DNA from: Podarcis filfolensis
Taxonomy: Eukaryota
Direction: 5' to 3' (one strand)
Assembly (NCBI GenBank): GCA_964270895.1
Contig: OZ185439.1
Length of the DNA: 64,000 nucleotides
Shown here: positions 28,080 through 40,385 of the stretch, piece after piece
How the letters are laid out: each line of letters begins with the position of its first letter
Numbering within the stretch: position 1 is the stretch's first letter
Notes under the pieces: generated by a model
Seen by the model: the letters and a program-made list of their open reading frames with translations, nothing else
Databases searched by the model: none
What the model was told of the DNA's origin: nothing
Program-made: the position numbers and the translations under genes

Positions 28080-28827
28080 TTCAGTGGCCTCCCCTGTTCC
28101 CTGCCCCTACTGACAGTCTTTTTTAATAGATTGCTATACATATCCAGTCATAAGCAAGTTGAGTGTGTGACTTTCTAGCATCTTGTATAATGGATTACTG
28201 TATAGTAGCGATATCAGTCCTGCTGGTTTTAAAATTTCTGATACTTAATTCATTCAGATGCAGTATATAGCATACTTACCACTTTATCTTTTCCTTTGTG
28301 TTGATAGATTTAAGCAAATGTCCGTAACTTGATTTTTTTAATATATAGGACCCATCCAGGACATTCATTAGCATAATTTGTAATTTAAATGCAGCGAGTG
28401 CTGGCCCTCCAGAACAATGTTGAACTAGAGACTATACACAATTCTCTCATTTTTATTTTTGTTTTAATCAAGGTAAAAAGTGAAGAGAGTTAACAACTTG
28501 CTAGATCCTATTGAATACCTGGATCCTGTAACCTGGACCTTTCCACGGACATAACTGCAAAATGTCACACCAATACTAGATCTAACTGTGAAAGCTGCTC
28601 ATTGAAATGAGAATACTAGATACCCTAGAAGTATATGCCTATTTACTTGTGAGTAAGCCCTGTTGAATGCAATGGGACTGACTTCTGATTAAGCATGTAT
28701 ATGATTATACTGGTAAAGTGTATTTTCCCTATTCCATATAGCAAAGGAATAGAAATATTCCTTTGCTATATTTTCTAAATTAAGTCTGTGCATTCTATGA
28801 ATGAATCTCGGCTTTATTACACTTGGG

Positions 28828-28868
<41 letters not shown>

Positions 28869-31800
28869 TACACACTTGCATGTGCACAGACAGACTGGGA
28901 GCCTCAATGGTGCCCCTCTGAAGGATTCACCGGGGCAAAAAACCCCGGCTAGCGCGCCCCCACAGTAGCTGCATTAGAGCCTCATTACAATTCTTTGAAA
29001 TCCTGCATGCCCAGTCCCCCTCATCTTAACTCCCAGAACTATCCCTTTAAAGAGATATTTTAATACCTGGGTTTTATTGTGCCTAGGGCTAAAACATATG
29101 ACATATTTTTAAACCACTGTATTTACTATTGACTCTGAAGTCTAATCAGATGACAACTACATAGGAAGTCTGGAAAGCTAATAGCAATTGCAGGTGTCAA
29201 CCCACATTTCAAGGACTTGAGAGTTCAAATGATATATACATACCAGTAAACCACTTTGATTATCTTCTGCAGCCTTGTGTGGACAAAATAACTAACGTTA
29301 CTGCCAGCTGCCTTTGAAACCTCATACCACAAACAGGAAGGCATGAAATAGTCATGTTAATAGTGAGTAAAGTGGATCAAATCTTTTGTTTGTTTGTTTT
29401 TTGAGAAGCTGTGAAGGATGGTTAATACCCTGTCTTTCTGTGTGTATTAATGTAAGCTGAACTGATGGAAAGGTTCTTCGTATCAGATGCAATTCCCACC
29501 ATACGAATGTTCCTTGAAATGGCTTACAGGCACATATGGAGTGATGCTGCCTCCTATCCAATTGCTTGTATTGACGGTGCATCGCCTGAGTGCCAAATCG
29601 TATGCAGGTGACCAGGACATGGTTGCAAAGACTAGGCCACCAGGCAGCTCTTGCCCACCCGCAGCATACAGTATACATGCTGTCAAAGTCCATTACGCAC
29701 AGCAAGGTGCGAAGCTGCGAGTGAGACAAAGAATAAGTGTGTAATAGCACCAAGCAGCCATCCTGCTGTCGCTGCAGCTTGCTGTTCTATCTGCACCATC
29801 TTCACCCGGGAGTTGTCCCAACATAACCCCTGAACCTGCCCTCCGGAGGGGAGAGGGAAGTTTATAATTGGACTGCTTATGTAATTTGCTTGTGCGTGTT
29901 GGTCTTCCGCAGCATGTAAAGCTGTGGCGTTGAGAAAAAAAGAAACTTTCTAGAATTAATGAGGCTGCTGTGTAACCTTTCAGCTGAGCATAGGATGTGA
30001 TTACATCCTCTGCCGTTGCTTTCACTCCTGCTGCTGCTCCTCTTTGAGGCTGGAGCTGATGTGATGGCGTTGAAGGTTGTTCCTGTTCATATAGGATATG
30101 TACCAAAAGCAGAAAATACAGCGGCACATGCATACCATTCAAGTACATCTATTTTGCTTATCTATATATGTTTTCCATATTTATATGGTCTGTTTGGTTG
30201 TTCTCCACGAAGGGGAGATGCAGGATGCACACTCGGCACCCTGAGAATTCCCAATTTCCTTTTTCTTTTTAAAGCAATTTCCCCATTTTGTGTGGTTGCA
30301 GAAATTTTCTTGAAAGCATGTGGGGATAATTGGTCTTTTCTGTGGTCCGGGGGCAAAGCTTCAGCATCCTGCCTAGTTCCCTGCTCTCTTCCATTACTAA
30401 TGCAAACAGAATTGTGCAAAAATATGCCCATTTTACAGAATGTGTTCTGCTTCTCTTGATGCAGAATGCGTGTGATTTTTTTAAAGGCTGGTTTTTGTAT
30501 GCCGCTCTTACATGTTGTACATTCTACATTCCTAAGAGTGTAAACTCTAAGGAACAGAGGGGGACTTCCGGGTAAACTTGCATAGGATCCTTGGTTGTCT
30601 TTGAACTGGATGTGAAAGTAAGTGTCATTTTAAACAGTGGAACTATCTGAAGTATTTTGAGTAGTGCAGCTTTAATGTTTCTTGCATAGATCTTGATAAA
30701 TCTGAGGAGTGGTACTTGCATTACTCTTCAAATAGCCACCCTGCACAGTCAGCCTGCATTATATCTGAATGGGTATGTGTAGTTTTCTTTCAAGAATATC
30801 CAAGGATGATACATCAGGATAGTCTGAAGTGTGACACACCCCCACACCCCAAATTTGATTAATCAGCCTTCTGCAAAACATTTTGCCAATATCTGCTTGG
30901 ATACTTGGAGAGGTGGTGCAGTAGCTAACACAACCATAGAGGCATGATAAAGTATATCTTGCATCAGTATCCCAGGAAACATCACACACTGTGAATGGTA
31001 CCCTCTTTGGGTGGGGCTATAACTAGGCAGACAGGGCTACCCCTGGACATTTTGCTGCTTGAGGCAAAGGGCAAAATGCCCCCCTCCCCACTTTTCCATT
31101 TACAGAAGCCAACTGGACTAGCAGTTGTATTTTATTTTGATACTGGCAATGAGATGGTGCTCTTTGCCAAACACGAGGGTGCAACAGGCTAGTTATGAGT
31201 GTGCAGGGCGCCCATTGCTTCCTGTATCTGCCACCTGATGCAGTTGCCTCATTTCAGTTATGCCTAGTGGCAGGGATGGCCCTGCATGGCAGGTTCCGTT
31301 TTAATTTTCTCTGTTTGAAAACAAAAAGAGCACAGGCACTTCAGTATACCTCACCAAAATAAATCTGGTGTTTGGTTGAGCCTAATTAGCTGCACTGTCA
31401 GAAGGCGCTCCAGAAAAAAACTGTCACTGCGCTAATTAGTCTACTATAAAAACACACCAAGAAACACATTAAAGGGTGGGTCAGGCAAATTGGTTGAGGT
31501 GCAAGAATGGGTGGCCTGTTGTGCTCGTTACCAGATTGTGCATCTCTGAGACTAGATGAGTAATGTTTTAATTTAGAGATTGTCAAGGGAAGAACTGAAA
31601 ACAGGGGGAAGTCATTTGCTATGCCAAAGCTTTCCATTATCCAGTGCACTGATTTGATCTATCTGAATGATGACAAATACAGAAACCCACTACATTAATC
31701 AACCTGCATTAGAAAATGGAAACATCTTATTTTGCAGTCTCATACCTGGATTGCTAAATGGAGAGACTATGAAGTCTGAGATGCATTGCAAGAACAGAAA

Positions 31801-34800
31801 TTTTAATTCCACAGCGGGGATTTTCAGATTTGCTGTTGAATTAATGTTTACCTAGGAGTAAGTCATATTGCTTTCCAATGCAGCATGCTCTTAATACGGT
31901 TTGTAGGACAGAAACATTGATGCCTCTACGATTTTGCTCTTTATGCTCCTGCTGTAAGCTTACACAGAAAGTTATTCCAGAACTTTGTACTGTAAACTGA
32001 GCCAAATGTATATGAGCAGCATGCGAACCATTTATGTAGGATAGCCTACATCAGTTTAAAATTGGAAAGTGATGCTAGTAAAATGAGCGTCACCAAATTT
32101 CAGAAGGGTTTCATGGCTGAGAGTTTTGTATGGAGCTTCTGTGGGCAAAATATTGGTTTTGGTGATAGATAAAAAGACGTTACCATAAATTGATTCTTGG
32201 ACATTTTCATACGGACAAATATTACCGTACTGAGTAAAACTTTCCTTTATTTCCCCTTTGGGTAGCTTTGGTGAAAAATTGCATGTTAAGTAAGATGTAT
32301 GCCTCTGAACTTGCTTTCGTCTTCCAAATCCTGAATATGATTTTATTTTATTTTTACTGATGTATACCAACAGTTTTCTTGAGGGTTTTTGATTCATCAG
32401 CATGCCACGCTTTGCTTCTTCTGGCCGTTTTGTTTGTTTTTCTTGCTTGTTTTTCTTTAATTTTAAGTAAGAAGATGCACTACCAACAAAAATGAACTCC
32501 TGAGTCATAAGCACCTTATTTGGAAGTAAAGACCCATTAATTCCAAATCTCACTTCCAAGTCAATGTGCTTACTATCATAGGCTGAGTAGTCCGACCAAG
32601 ATGAATAGTGTCAAGAAACCTGTTTAGCATGTGGTGAATGATGCTACACTTACGGGTCTTGCTGCTCAGCAGAAGAAATGTCCTACACATGAAATTGCTG
32701 TTCTGTAGGGTCATGGACGAATCCAGATTAGTCCTGGATTTTGCTCTTCTTAAAGCAAAATCCAAGGACACCAAACATGATTTATTTACCCCTTCTGACA
32801 CTTTAACTACACTCTCCTACTTCTGTTTTCTAAGAGTAGAATAGGGGTGCAATGATGGGTAAGAATAGTAATGATGGGTAAGAAACCAGGGTCTGTGAAT
32901 TAGACCAGGTATGTAGCAATCAGACTTAAAGGTTTATTTGGGGTGGTGGAATGACATTTCAGAGCTTGCAGTGTTACTGCTGAGGTGTCGGCTTCCCCCT
33001 CCTTCTATCATCACCACCTCCCAAGTGCCCACATTCATACCAGTTAAAACATGTTTGCATACATGTGTCTTCCCTTCAGACCTTGCAGAAAAGGGTAGGG
33101 TTGGCATGCTATGGAAATGCAGGGCTCGTTTTCCCTACAGTTTCTAAAGCCAAGAGGTTATAGGGCAGGATGGGGAAGTTGATTAGGAATGAGGAGTTGC
33201 CCACTGTGGCCAAGAGAATTCAAATGGCTCAAAGAAGGTTGCAGATGGCTCTGCCCAGCTGAGGTGCTCCCCTATGTTGTCCCCTGACCCCACTCATAAT
33301 TTGGGACATCTCTTATTTTTATAAATTGGTCTCTGAGGCAGATGTGGAAAAACTGCACTGGCTTGAAGTTCCATCTGTCCTACCGCGCAGGGCACAAATA
33401 GCAAGAGAGAGATGTGAGACTCTGGCTTTTTAGGTAGTGTCTGCCGGACTGAAGTGTGACTTGTGACAATAATCTATGGAATGGCCTGTTTTTAGCGATA
33501 GGCAGTGCTTTAATTTCTAAGCAAAGGAGAAGCCGGGCCTCACGTCTAGCTGGAAGCAACCTCTTGTCCTTCATCCTTGCCATCTATGGTGGACTATAGG
33601 AGCCAACTCCTAGGTGCCATGTGGGCTTTGGCCCCCACAATAAAATATTTGAGGAGGCTTGGCCCCCACAGTTGATGGGCATTCCCATTCAAATGATATG
33701 TGTGCACTGCGTCATGTGATCGGTTCTGTGTGGTGGGGCTTACCTGGGCCCCCACAATATTTTATTCAAATTGGCACCCCTGCAGTGCACTCAGGCTTTG
33801 CAGTCAGTGACAAGGGAAGATGGCACCCTAAACAGGTCCCAGGACCGCTTTGACCCACTCCTCCTTCATCCCTGCCTGGGCTCCCATGAAACTCCAGGTG
33901 TAAGTTAAGAAGGAAAGTCCCAGCCTTGGGACTGGAGGCGTGGAAGGAGGAAAGCCTTTGCTAAGTGTAACGGGATAGGGTAACCTCTAGCCTGCCTCTA
34001 CCCTTAGCTGTTGGACCACGCTGGCTGGGGCTGATGGGACTTGAGCATCCCTGGTTTAGTGAGACAGTTCTAGCGTCAGCCTTCCCACGTCCCTGGCCGC
34101 TGTCTGCTTGGCATCCAGCGCCGCTCATCCTTCCCACTCCTCCTCCTCCGGAGGAAACTGGTTTCGAGTTTAGGTGGCTGAAGAAGATTCCGCTCGACTT
34201 GGGAGGGCCACCGTGGGAAAGCCCGGATGGCCCTTCTCGCTGGGAAGCCGAGAGACCGGAGCTCCTTGCAAATCTCTCTCTGGGAGTGTCAAAAAGCCCC
34301 CGGAGGCGGCGCAAGTGTAGGCGGCTGGGGGGGACCCCGCCGTTCCTCCCCTACGCGCGCCTTCCTTTTGCCCCACGGTCTCCAGGTTAAGGCGAAAAGG
34401 AAATGGCAAACCGAGCCCTGATAATGAGCAGATGAATAAACGTGCGAGAAACTCCTCTTGGCCACCCCGCCACCCCTCCCCATCTTCTCCTTGGCTCCTT
34501 CAAAGACGCCAAAACAACCTGCTCTCCAGAAACCGCCGGGGCTGGAAGGAAGACGATCCGCGCCCCAAGTAGCGAGTGAAGGGCTTGGCAGTTTTGAAAC
34601 AATGAGAAACGTGGATCGGAAGTTGGGTTTAAGTGGCTTAGAGGGGATTAGGGCTTCAAATTGGCGGTGGGGCCCGGCGCTTTCCTGCGAGAGTCATGCC
34701 GCCTTTTAAAAGATTACGCGCAGATTTGACAGCAGCTCCGGCTGGATATTATGAGCCGAGCAAAGGCAGCTGGAAGGAGCGGGGATGGAGGTCCCTCCCG

Positions 34801-36119
34801 AGGGATTTTATTTTATTTTATCCCATTTTATTTTATTTTAACCCGGCTCCTTCTGTTCCTCGCCTCCAGTTTCCTTGTGCCGGTACTTTTCATAAAGGCT
34901 ACTTTTGAAGCGTGTTGTGGGAAGAGCAGGGCGTACAGAGGCATTGGAACGAACATTCCTATTCCACTCAGACGCGTTTTAATTTTGGTATGAAAAGCAT
35001 ACCCCCGTTAAAACGAGGGAGAGGTGCCCAACAATTTTTCTGATTGACAAGTATTTCGATTGCATTATCTGTGGAACTTGAGTGATCACTTTTCCCCGCT
35101 TTAAGGTGTAAGAACAGCGTTTGTAAACGGAGGCTTTGTAAGGCGGAGCGCTGAAATGCGCCCTTCCCCAAAAGGGGTACTAAGCTGTGTTCTGTGTTGC
35201 AACAAAAAAACCACAGCAGTGCCTTGTGGCAAGCTTAAAAGTACTCAACAAACGAAGATATTTCTTAATGGCGCACGAAGGTGTGGGAATCGATCCTACG
35301 TGAAAAATGGACATATAAATTTAGAACCGCAAGAGGTCCACAAAATACGAACCAATTTCTTTCTATTTGGTGTGATTTTATTGTTGTTCACATTAATGAC
35401 ACAGAGCATAGACAATCTCCCGCCCTCCATGAATAGCTGTGGAAAATACGATGAAATAGAAATAGAGGCAGAGCTTTACAAACGAAGGTTCTCTGGAAAT
35501 GCAGCTCATCTCCCCCTGGAAAATGAGGGGTATCCATGCCAGAGGGGTTTTTATTTGTATAGACATGTTTTATAACGTCTCTGTATTTTATCGAAAGTCT
35601 GGAGTGCATTTCTGAAGTATCTCGGTCCCCTGTAGGTCCCGCCTTCGTGCCTGTTTTCTGTGATTGACTTCCTTCTATGCTCGATTTTGCCCATTTACTT
35701 ATTTATTTCGCGCCCTTCACCAGGGAGGGTGGGTTATGCGATACATTTTGTGGCATAAACTGCTATGGGCCAAAGCCCAGCTCGTTAGCATTAGCGGATG
35801 TTACATTTGATGAATCTCATACCATTAGAAATTGGTTCGTCTTTAGGCGGCCCCGAGGGGCTCTCTGCCTTGAAAAAACGGGGGATTAATTTTTTTAATG
35901 GCTTGCTTTAAAATGACGAAAGAAGCATATTTCCATTTTTTCGTTTGCTTCCTTCCTCGTGTTGTGCATCTTGAGTACTTCCTAACGCGGGATGAAAGTT
36001 GGTGGTCGAAGGAGACGGGGTAAAATCGCCACGTCCATTGGGAGCGAGAGGAAACTCCACACCCCAGAGGCCCTTAACGTCACTTTGTGTGTGTCCCCCT
36101 CTCCCCCTCCCCACTTCAG

Positions 36120-36232
36120 CTTTTGGATCTCTTCATGGTGTGGGATTGGTCGACTTACCTAGCTGACTACGGGCAGCCCAGCTCCAAGTACCTGCGCGTC
36201 AATCCAACCACCGCCTTGGCCCTCCTGGAGAA
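36120..36232 (+). CDS. EXOC6: EXOC6 penultimate coding exon
   Basis: Pyrimidine tract + cag acceptor, gtgagt donor. Translates LLDLFMVWDWSTYLADYGQPSSKYLRVNPTTALALLE(K). The preceding intron, 9218-36119, is 26.9 kb. Confidence 0.96.
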
Positions 36233-36672
36233 GTGAGTCACACACAGCCCTCCTCCTCTTCCTCTAGCCATCTATTTCTGCAGGCGCTATCAGGAGACCA
36301 ATGCCTTGCAGGAGAGCGAATGCTAGGGCACCCCCCCGCCCCAGGACACGCATAGGGAAAGGTTAGGTTGTAACCCAAATGCGAGCGCTTAGGTGCCGCT
36401 TGTCCCTTTGCAAACGGGGAAATGCTTCTTTTAGTTTTAACAACTCCATCCGGATCTCTCGTGATTAGGACTGGACACTATCTGCACCTTCCCGCTTAGG
36501 AAATTTGCCCATCCTAAATTTCCTCGGACGGACGAGTCCCCTTTCATTGGCGCCCCCAAAAGAAGCCCACGCAAGATGGCAAAGTGTGGGATGGATCTCG
36601 GAGCAATTGGTAAACGTCCTGATTTTCAGGACCTTTTGGTTTAAAATTATTCCAAAAGATGTAATTACTCTT

Positions 36673-36677
<5 letters not shown>

Positions 36678-36720
<43 letters not shown>

Positions 36721-36746
36721 ACAAACAGACAGACAGACAGACAGAG
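36678..36746. repeat. (GA)n followed by (AAAC)n and (AGAC)n compound microsatellite
   Basis: Direct reading; in the last EXOC6 intron. Confidence 0.95.
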
Positions 36747-38105
36747 AGAAACCTGCAGCAAAAACGCCAACACAAATGTGACTAAACTGCAGTATTAAAA
36801 ATGATTCTTTTCAGTATGGGGTCTTTGCTTGCGTTGCGCTATGCAAAATTCCCATCACCAACCCCCCCCCCTTCAAGGAGTCCACGTGCTTTGATTTAAC
36901 CGGATAGTAGATCAGATTGCTACAAAAAAGTTGATCCATTTGATCCAGTGTGCCCCCCAGTGCAGGCAGGCCTTGGCTGAGGATCTAACCTTGATCGAGA
37001 GAGAGAGGGAGAAAGATGGATGCCTCTACAGTCTAGTTGTTCCAAGGATCGCGGCAGCTGCCTTGAAAATGGGAAAGAGAGTGAGGAAGGTGCAGTCCTG
37101 GGCAGGCTTCACCTGGGACGAAGTCCCTCTCAGCTGAATGGTACTTACGTCTGAGCAAACCTCTTTAGGTTGAAGCAGCGAGGCTCTCTGGAAGCTTCAG
37201 CCTCGCCGCAAATGCGGAATAGGAAAGAGCGTTTAGGAGTCAAGGCACACCGCTTGCAGCTACACCCTGAAATGTAAAGGCGTTATAAATATTTAGCTGT
37301 GCCTTAAACTACCCCCTTCCTTTCTAACTGTTGATTCGTTTTCTTTCTTCCCCCCTCGCAACGCCCCAACGTTATGCAGAGTCCACAGAGGGTATGTATT
37401 TTCGTACTTTTTTGGTTTTACTTCTACTGTCACTCCGAATTTATTCCTTTTGGTATTAAACGACCCAAGGTTCCGCTTTGAAGAGATTAATAGGAAGGCT
37501 GACTAAAACAAACAAACAAAAAACAACTCAAGCCAAACTAAAGTGTCTTAATGGTTACAAGAAGTTGCCCATATACGAATTACAATGAACTGCATTCTGT
37601 TCCTTGTACAAGTAACTTAAAAAACAACTGATTGTAACAGAATTCCCTTTGATTCCATGGATACTTCCACACATCTATAATATTTAGGGTAGCCTCCATC
37701 TCCTATTAAAAAAAAGTCCTGTTTGCACCGGAAAATCCTGCTTTGTCATCCCAGCTCAGAATTTTCAGATTTGGAAAATGAACTCAGGTCCCGGAAAGTT
37801 TATGCCACCCTAAAATATTTTAGCCTTTGAAGTTCACGCGTCTCTCTGTTGTTTTCGCCTAGACTGCTCTTTCCGCCGTTCCGATTGGAAGAAAATCGGA
37901 TTAAGCTGGTGCCATAAACTCGGCTGCTTGAGAACCTCAAAGGTTCCGAGCGCGCCGTTTTTTGCGCATTTGGGGGGGAGGCTGCGGGCATTAAGCCCTT
38001 TGCGTTGGGAACGAACGCAAATGAGGAGGAAATTTGGGCTTCTTTTGAAAACTAGCGAACTAACTTAACTTCTGTTTCTTTCCTTTTCGCCCGTTCTGCT
38101 TTTAG

Positions 38106-38235
38106 AATGAAAGACGTGAAGAAGAACAACATCTTCGCCCAGTTCAGGAAGAACGACCGCGACAAGCAGAAGCTTATCGAGACGGTGGTGAGGCAGCTGC
38201 GAGGCTTGGTGAACGGGATGTCCCAGCACTCCTGA
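38106..38235 (+). CDS. EXOC6: EXOC6 terminal coding exon with stop codon
   Basis: ttttag acceptor. Translates (K)MKDVKKNNIFAQFRKNDRDKQKLIETVVRQLRGLVNGMSQHS*, with TGA at 38233-38235. Phase matches the previous exon. Confidence 0.96.
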
Positions 38236-39330
38236 ACGCCGGGCGTTTCTGGAGACCGGCGGGCGCAGGCCGAAAACTAAGCCTGCCTTTCCCCGGTTAG
38301 GGTCCTTGCTCCATGGACAACTGGAAAAGATGCTGTGAAAGGGACCGGCCTATGGAAACAGCCGGAGAGAACCTGAGCGTCTGCACTGCTGTCAATTAAT
38401 GCTATCTTAACAACAACAACTTGTAAAAGGAAAAACAAAACCACACACACACATACATTAGTAGGGGTGGAATAGGGCTGTATATTTACCAAGGCAAAAT
38501 GCCAAATTGTACATGCAACAGAGGGACTGTAAATAACTTTCTTTGCGGTCTGCGGGCAACGCCTCAAGATTCCCCCCTCCCCTTTTCCAAATGACTTGGT
38601 GGGGGTGAGATTGCCACGCAATCCGCCACTGCTGCTCCCTACACTAACCCCGAGGTCATGTTTCCCCAAGCAAGGAACTTTTTCTGTTTCAATAGTTGCC
38701 TGTCTCTCTAAATATAAATATTAATATATATATATTTACACACACTCTCCTGTATTATTTGTAAATTATTAGCCTTAAGTGAGATCCAACAGGTTTTCTA
38801 TACCAGATTTTCTTCTTTTCTTTTCTTTTTTTTGTAGTGGGGGGCAAAAAAGGAGAGGGTTTTCTTTTTTTTGTAGAGAGCCTTTCCAAACTACCTGAAT
38901 CAAAACTCCGGCCTTGGTGGTCTTTGAACAACTGGACTTTTCTCGGGTATTTGAGCGACGGGACTTTTATATACAATTCTTAAACCCCCGCGGCGGCCCC
39001 AGCCCCCCTTTCCTCTGCCTGTGTAAGGGATAAGGCAGCGCGATGCCAATGTTGTGCGTGTAGTTGTGTAGGTAGGTCTCTGTGTGTGTGTGTTTCTGGC
39101 TGTGTGTGTGTCCATCTGGGTGTTTCTAGGACTAGCTATTCCCCACCCTACTCCGTTCCCCTCAATTTTCAACTTCTGCACTGGAGCAGCCTCGTTCGAA
39201 ACGCAAAGCGAATGTATCCTAAATTCCAAAAAACCAAATGAACCGAGGGACTTGCATCAAGAATGTATCTTTCTTTCCTCCTTTTCACGCGCTCCGTGTA
39301 TTAAGTTATTTGGACAGTCCCGAATACAGT

Positions 39331-39378
39331 AATATAAACCTTACCCTCCCTTTGGTGTGGCTTGTTTCATTTTTTTTC
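39331..39378 (+). terminator. candidate EXOC6 polyadenylation signal (variant hexamer)
   Basis: AATATAAA (variant AATATA/TATAAA) followed by a GU/U-rich element (ttggtgtggcttgtttcattttttt). I saw no canonical AATAAA between the stop codon and this point. Inference. Confidence 0.35.
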
Positions 39379-40084
39379 TAATGGGGGAATGCAGCGTCTC
39401 AGCCTGCTGGACCTTCGCTCATCGGGGTTTCGATCAAACGAATCTCTCCTTCTGACTTCGGCTCAGGCACAGTCGAGATCGTCCGCGCCCTCGGATCTTC
39501 CTGCCTGTCCAGGCGGCCTCTACGGTTTGTGGGAGCAGCAGCGTGCAACCGGGGAAGATTTTTTCCCCCTCGCAGCCAAGTCCACCAGCCTTGGAGATGC
39601 GACCGGAAAGTCAGGGCACCTCGGAGCATCTTGCTTATTTTCTCTCTCTCTTTTCTTCCCACTCTTTTCTCATTAGAGGAGACAAGACTGAAGCTGCATT
39701 CAATCGTGCATTGTTTAGGGAGGAACTCTGGGGGTGTTGGCTTGTGCCTTTTTTTTTTAAGGAAGGGATGGGGGCAGCTGCCGGGAGGATCAATCGGAGC
39801 CGAAGACAGAGAGCTGTCGCTTCGGGTTTGCTGGCCAAGACCGATGGCCCCCAAAGGGCATGGACGGGGCCAGCCTGGCCTCATCCTCGGAGGGTTTGAT
39901 CTGCCCTGCGACAAGGCCTCTGCAGCCCACCTTTCCTCATGAGGCAGCCGGGTAAGTTCTTTTGCTTCTTAGCGAGGGAGGTCTGCAGATCTGGCTAAAA
40001 AGGGGGCCGGTAGCTTGCTGCTGAAGTTCCAGCAATTGGGGGGCGGAATTGGGAATGAGAGGGTCGAATGGACAACGAAGCTAT

Positions 40085-40385
40085 TCAGGGCAGATCAAAG
40101 AAAGCGCCTCTTGACGCCGCGCAAGGATGAGCTATGGAACTCGCTTCCTCAGGAGGCAGCGGTGACCTCTATGGCTTTAAAAGAGGACTAGACAAATTCT
40201 AAGTTGCCGATGGCTACTACCCACGATGGCTGTAGCAAGGCTTCTGAATACCAGTTACTGGAAACCACAGGAGGGGAGAGACAGGGTTCTTGTGCTCGAA
40301 TACTGCTTACTAGTTTCCCACAGGCATCTGGTTGGCCACTGTGAGAACAGGCTTTCGACCAGGCCCCTAATTGCTCTTACATGCT
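40085..40385 (+). mobile_element. CR1 LINE 3' fragment inside the CpG domain
   Basis: gagctatggaactcgcttcctcaggaggcagcggtg..ctatggctttaaaagaggactagacaaattc...ggcatctggttggccactgtgagaacagg...gctcttacatgc; same family as 12580-13110. Confidence 0.7.

Noticed and set aside
32056-32559. 167 aa minus-strand ORF in the EXOC6 intron
   Set aside because: No recognisable motif, includes simple-sequence tracts, and has no supporting promoter or splice structure; possibly a decayed repeat.
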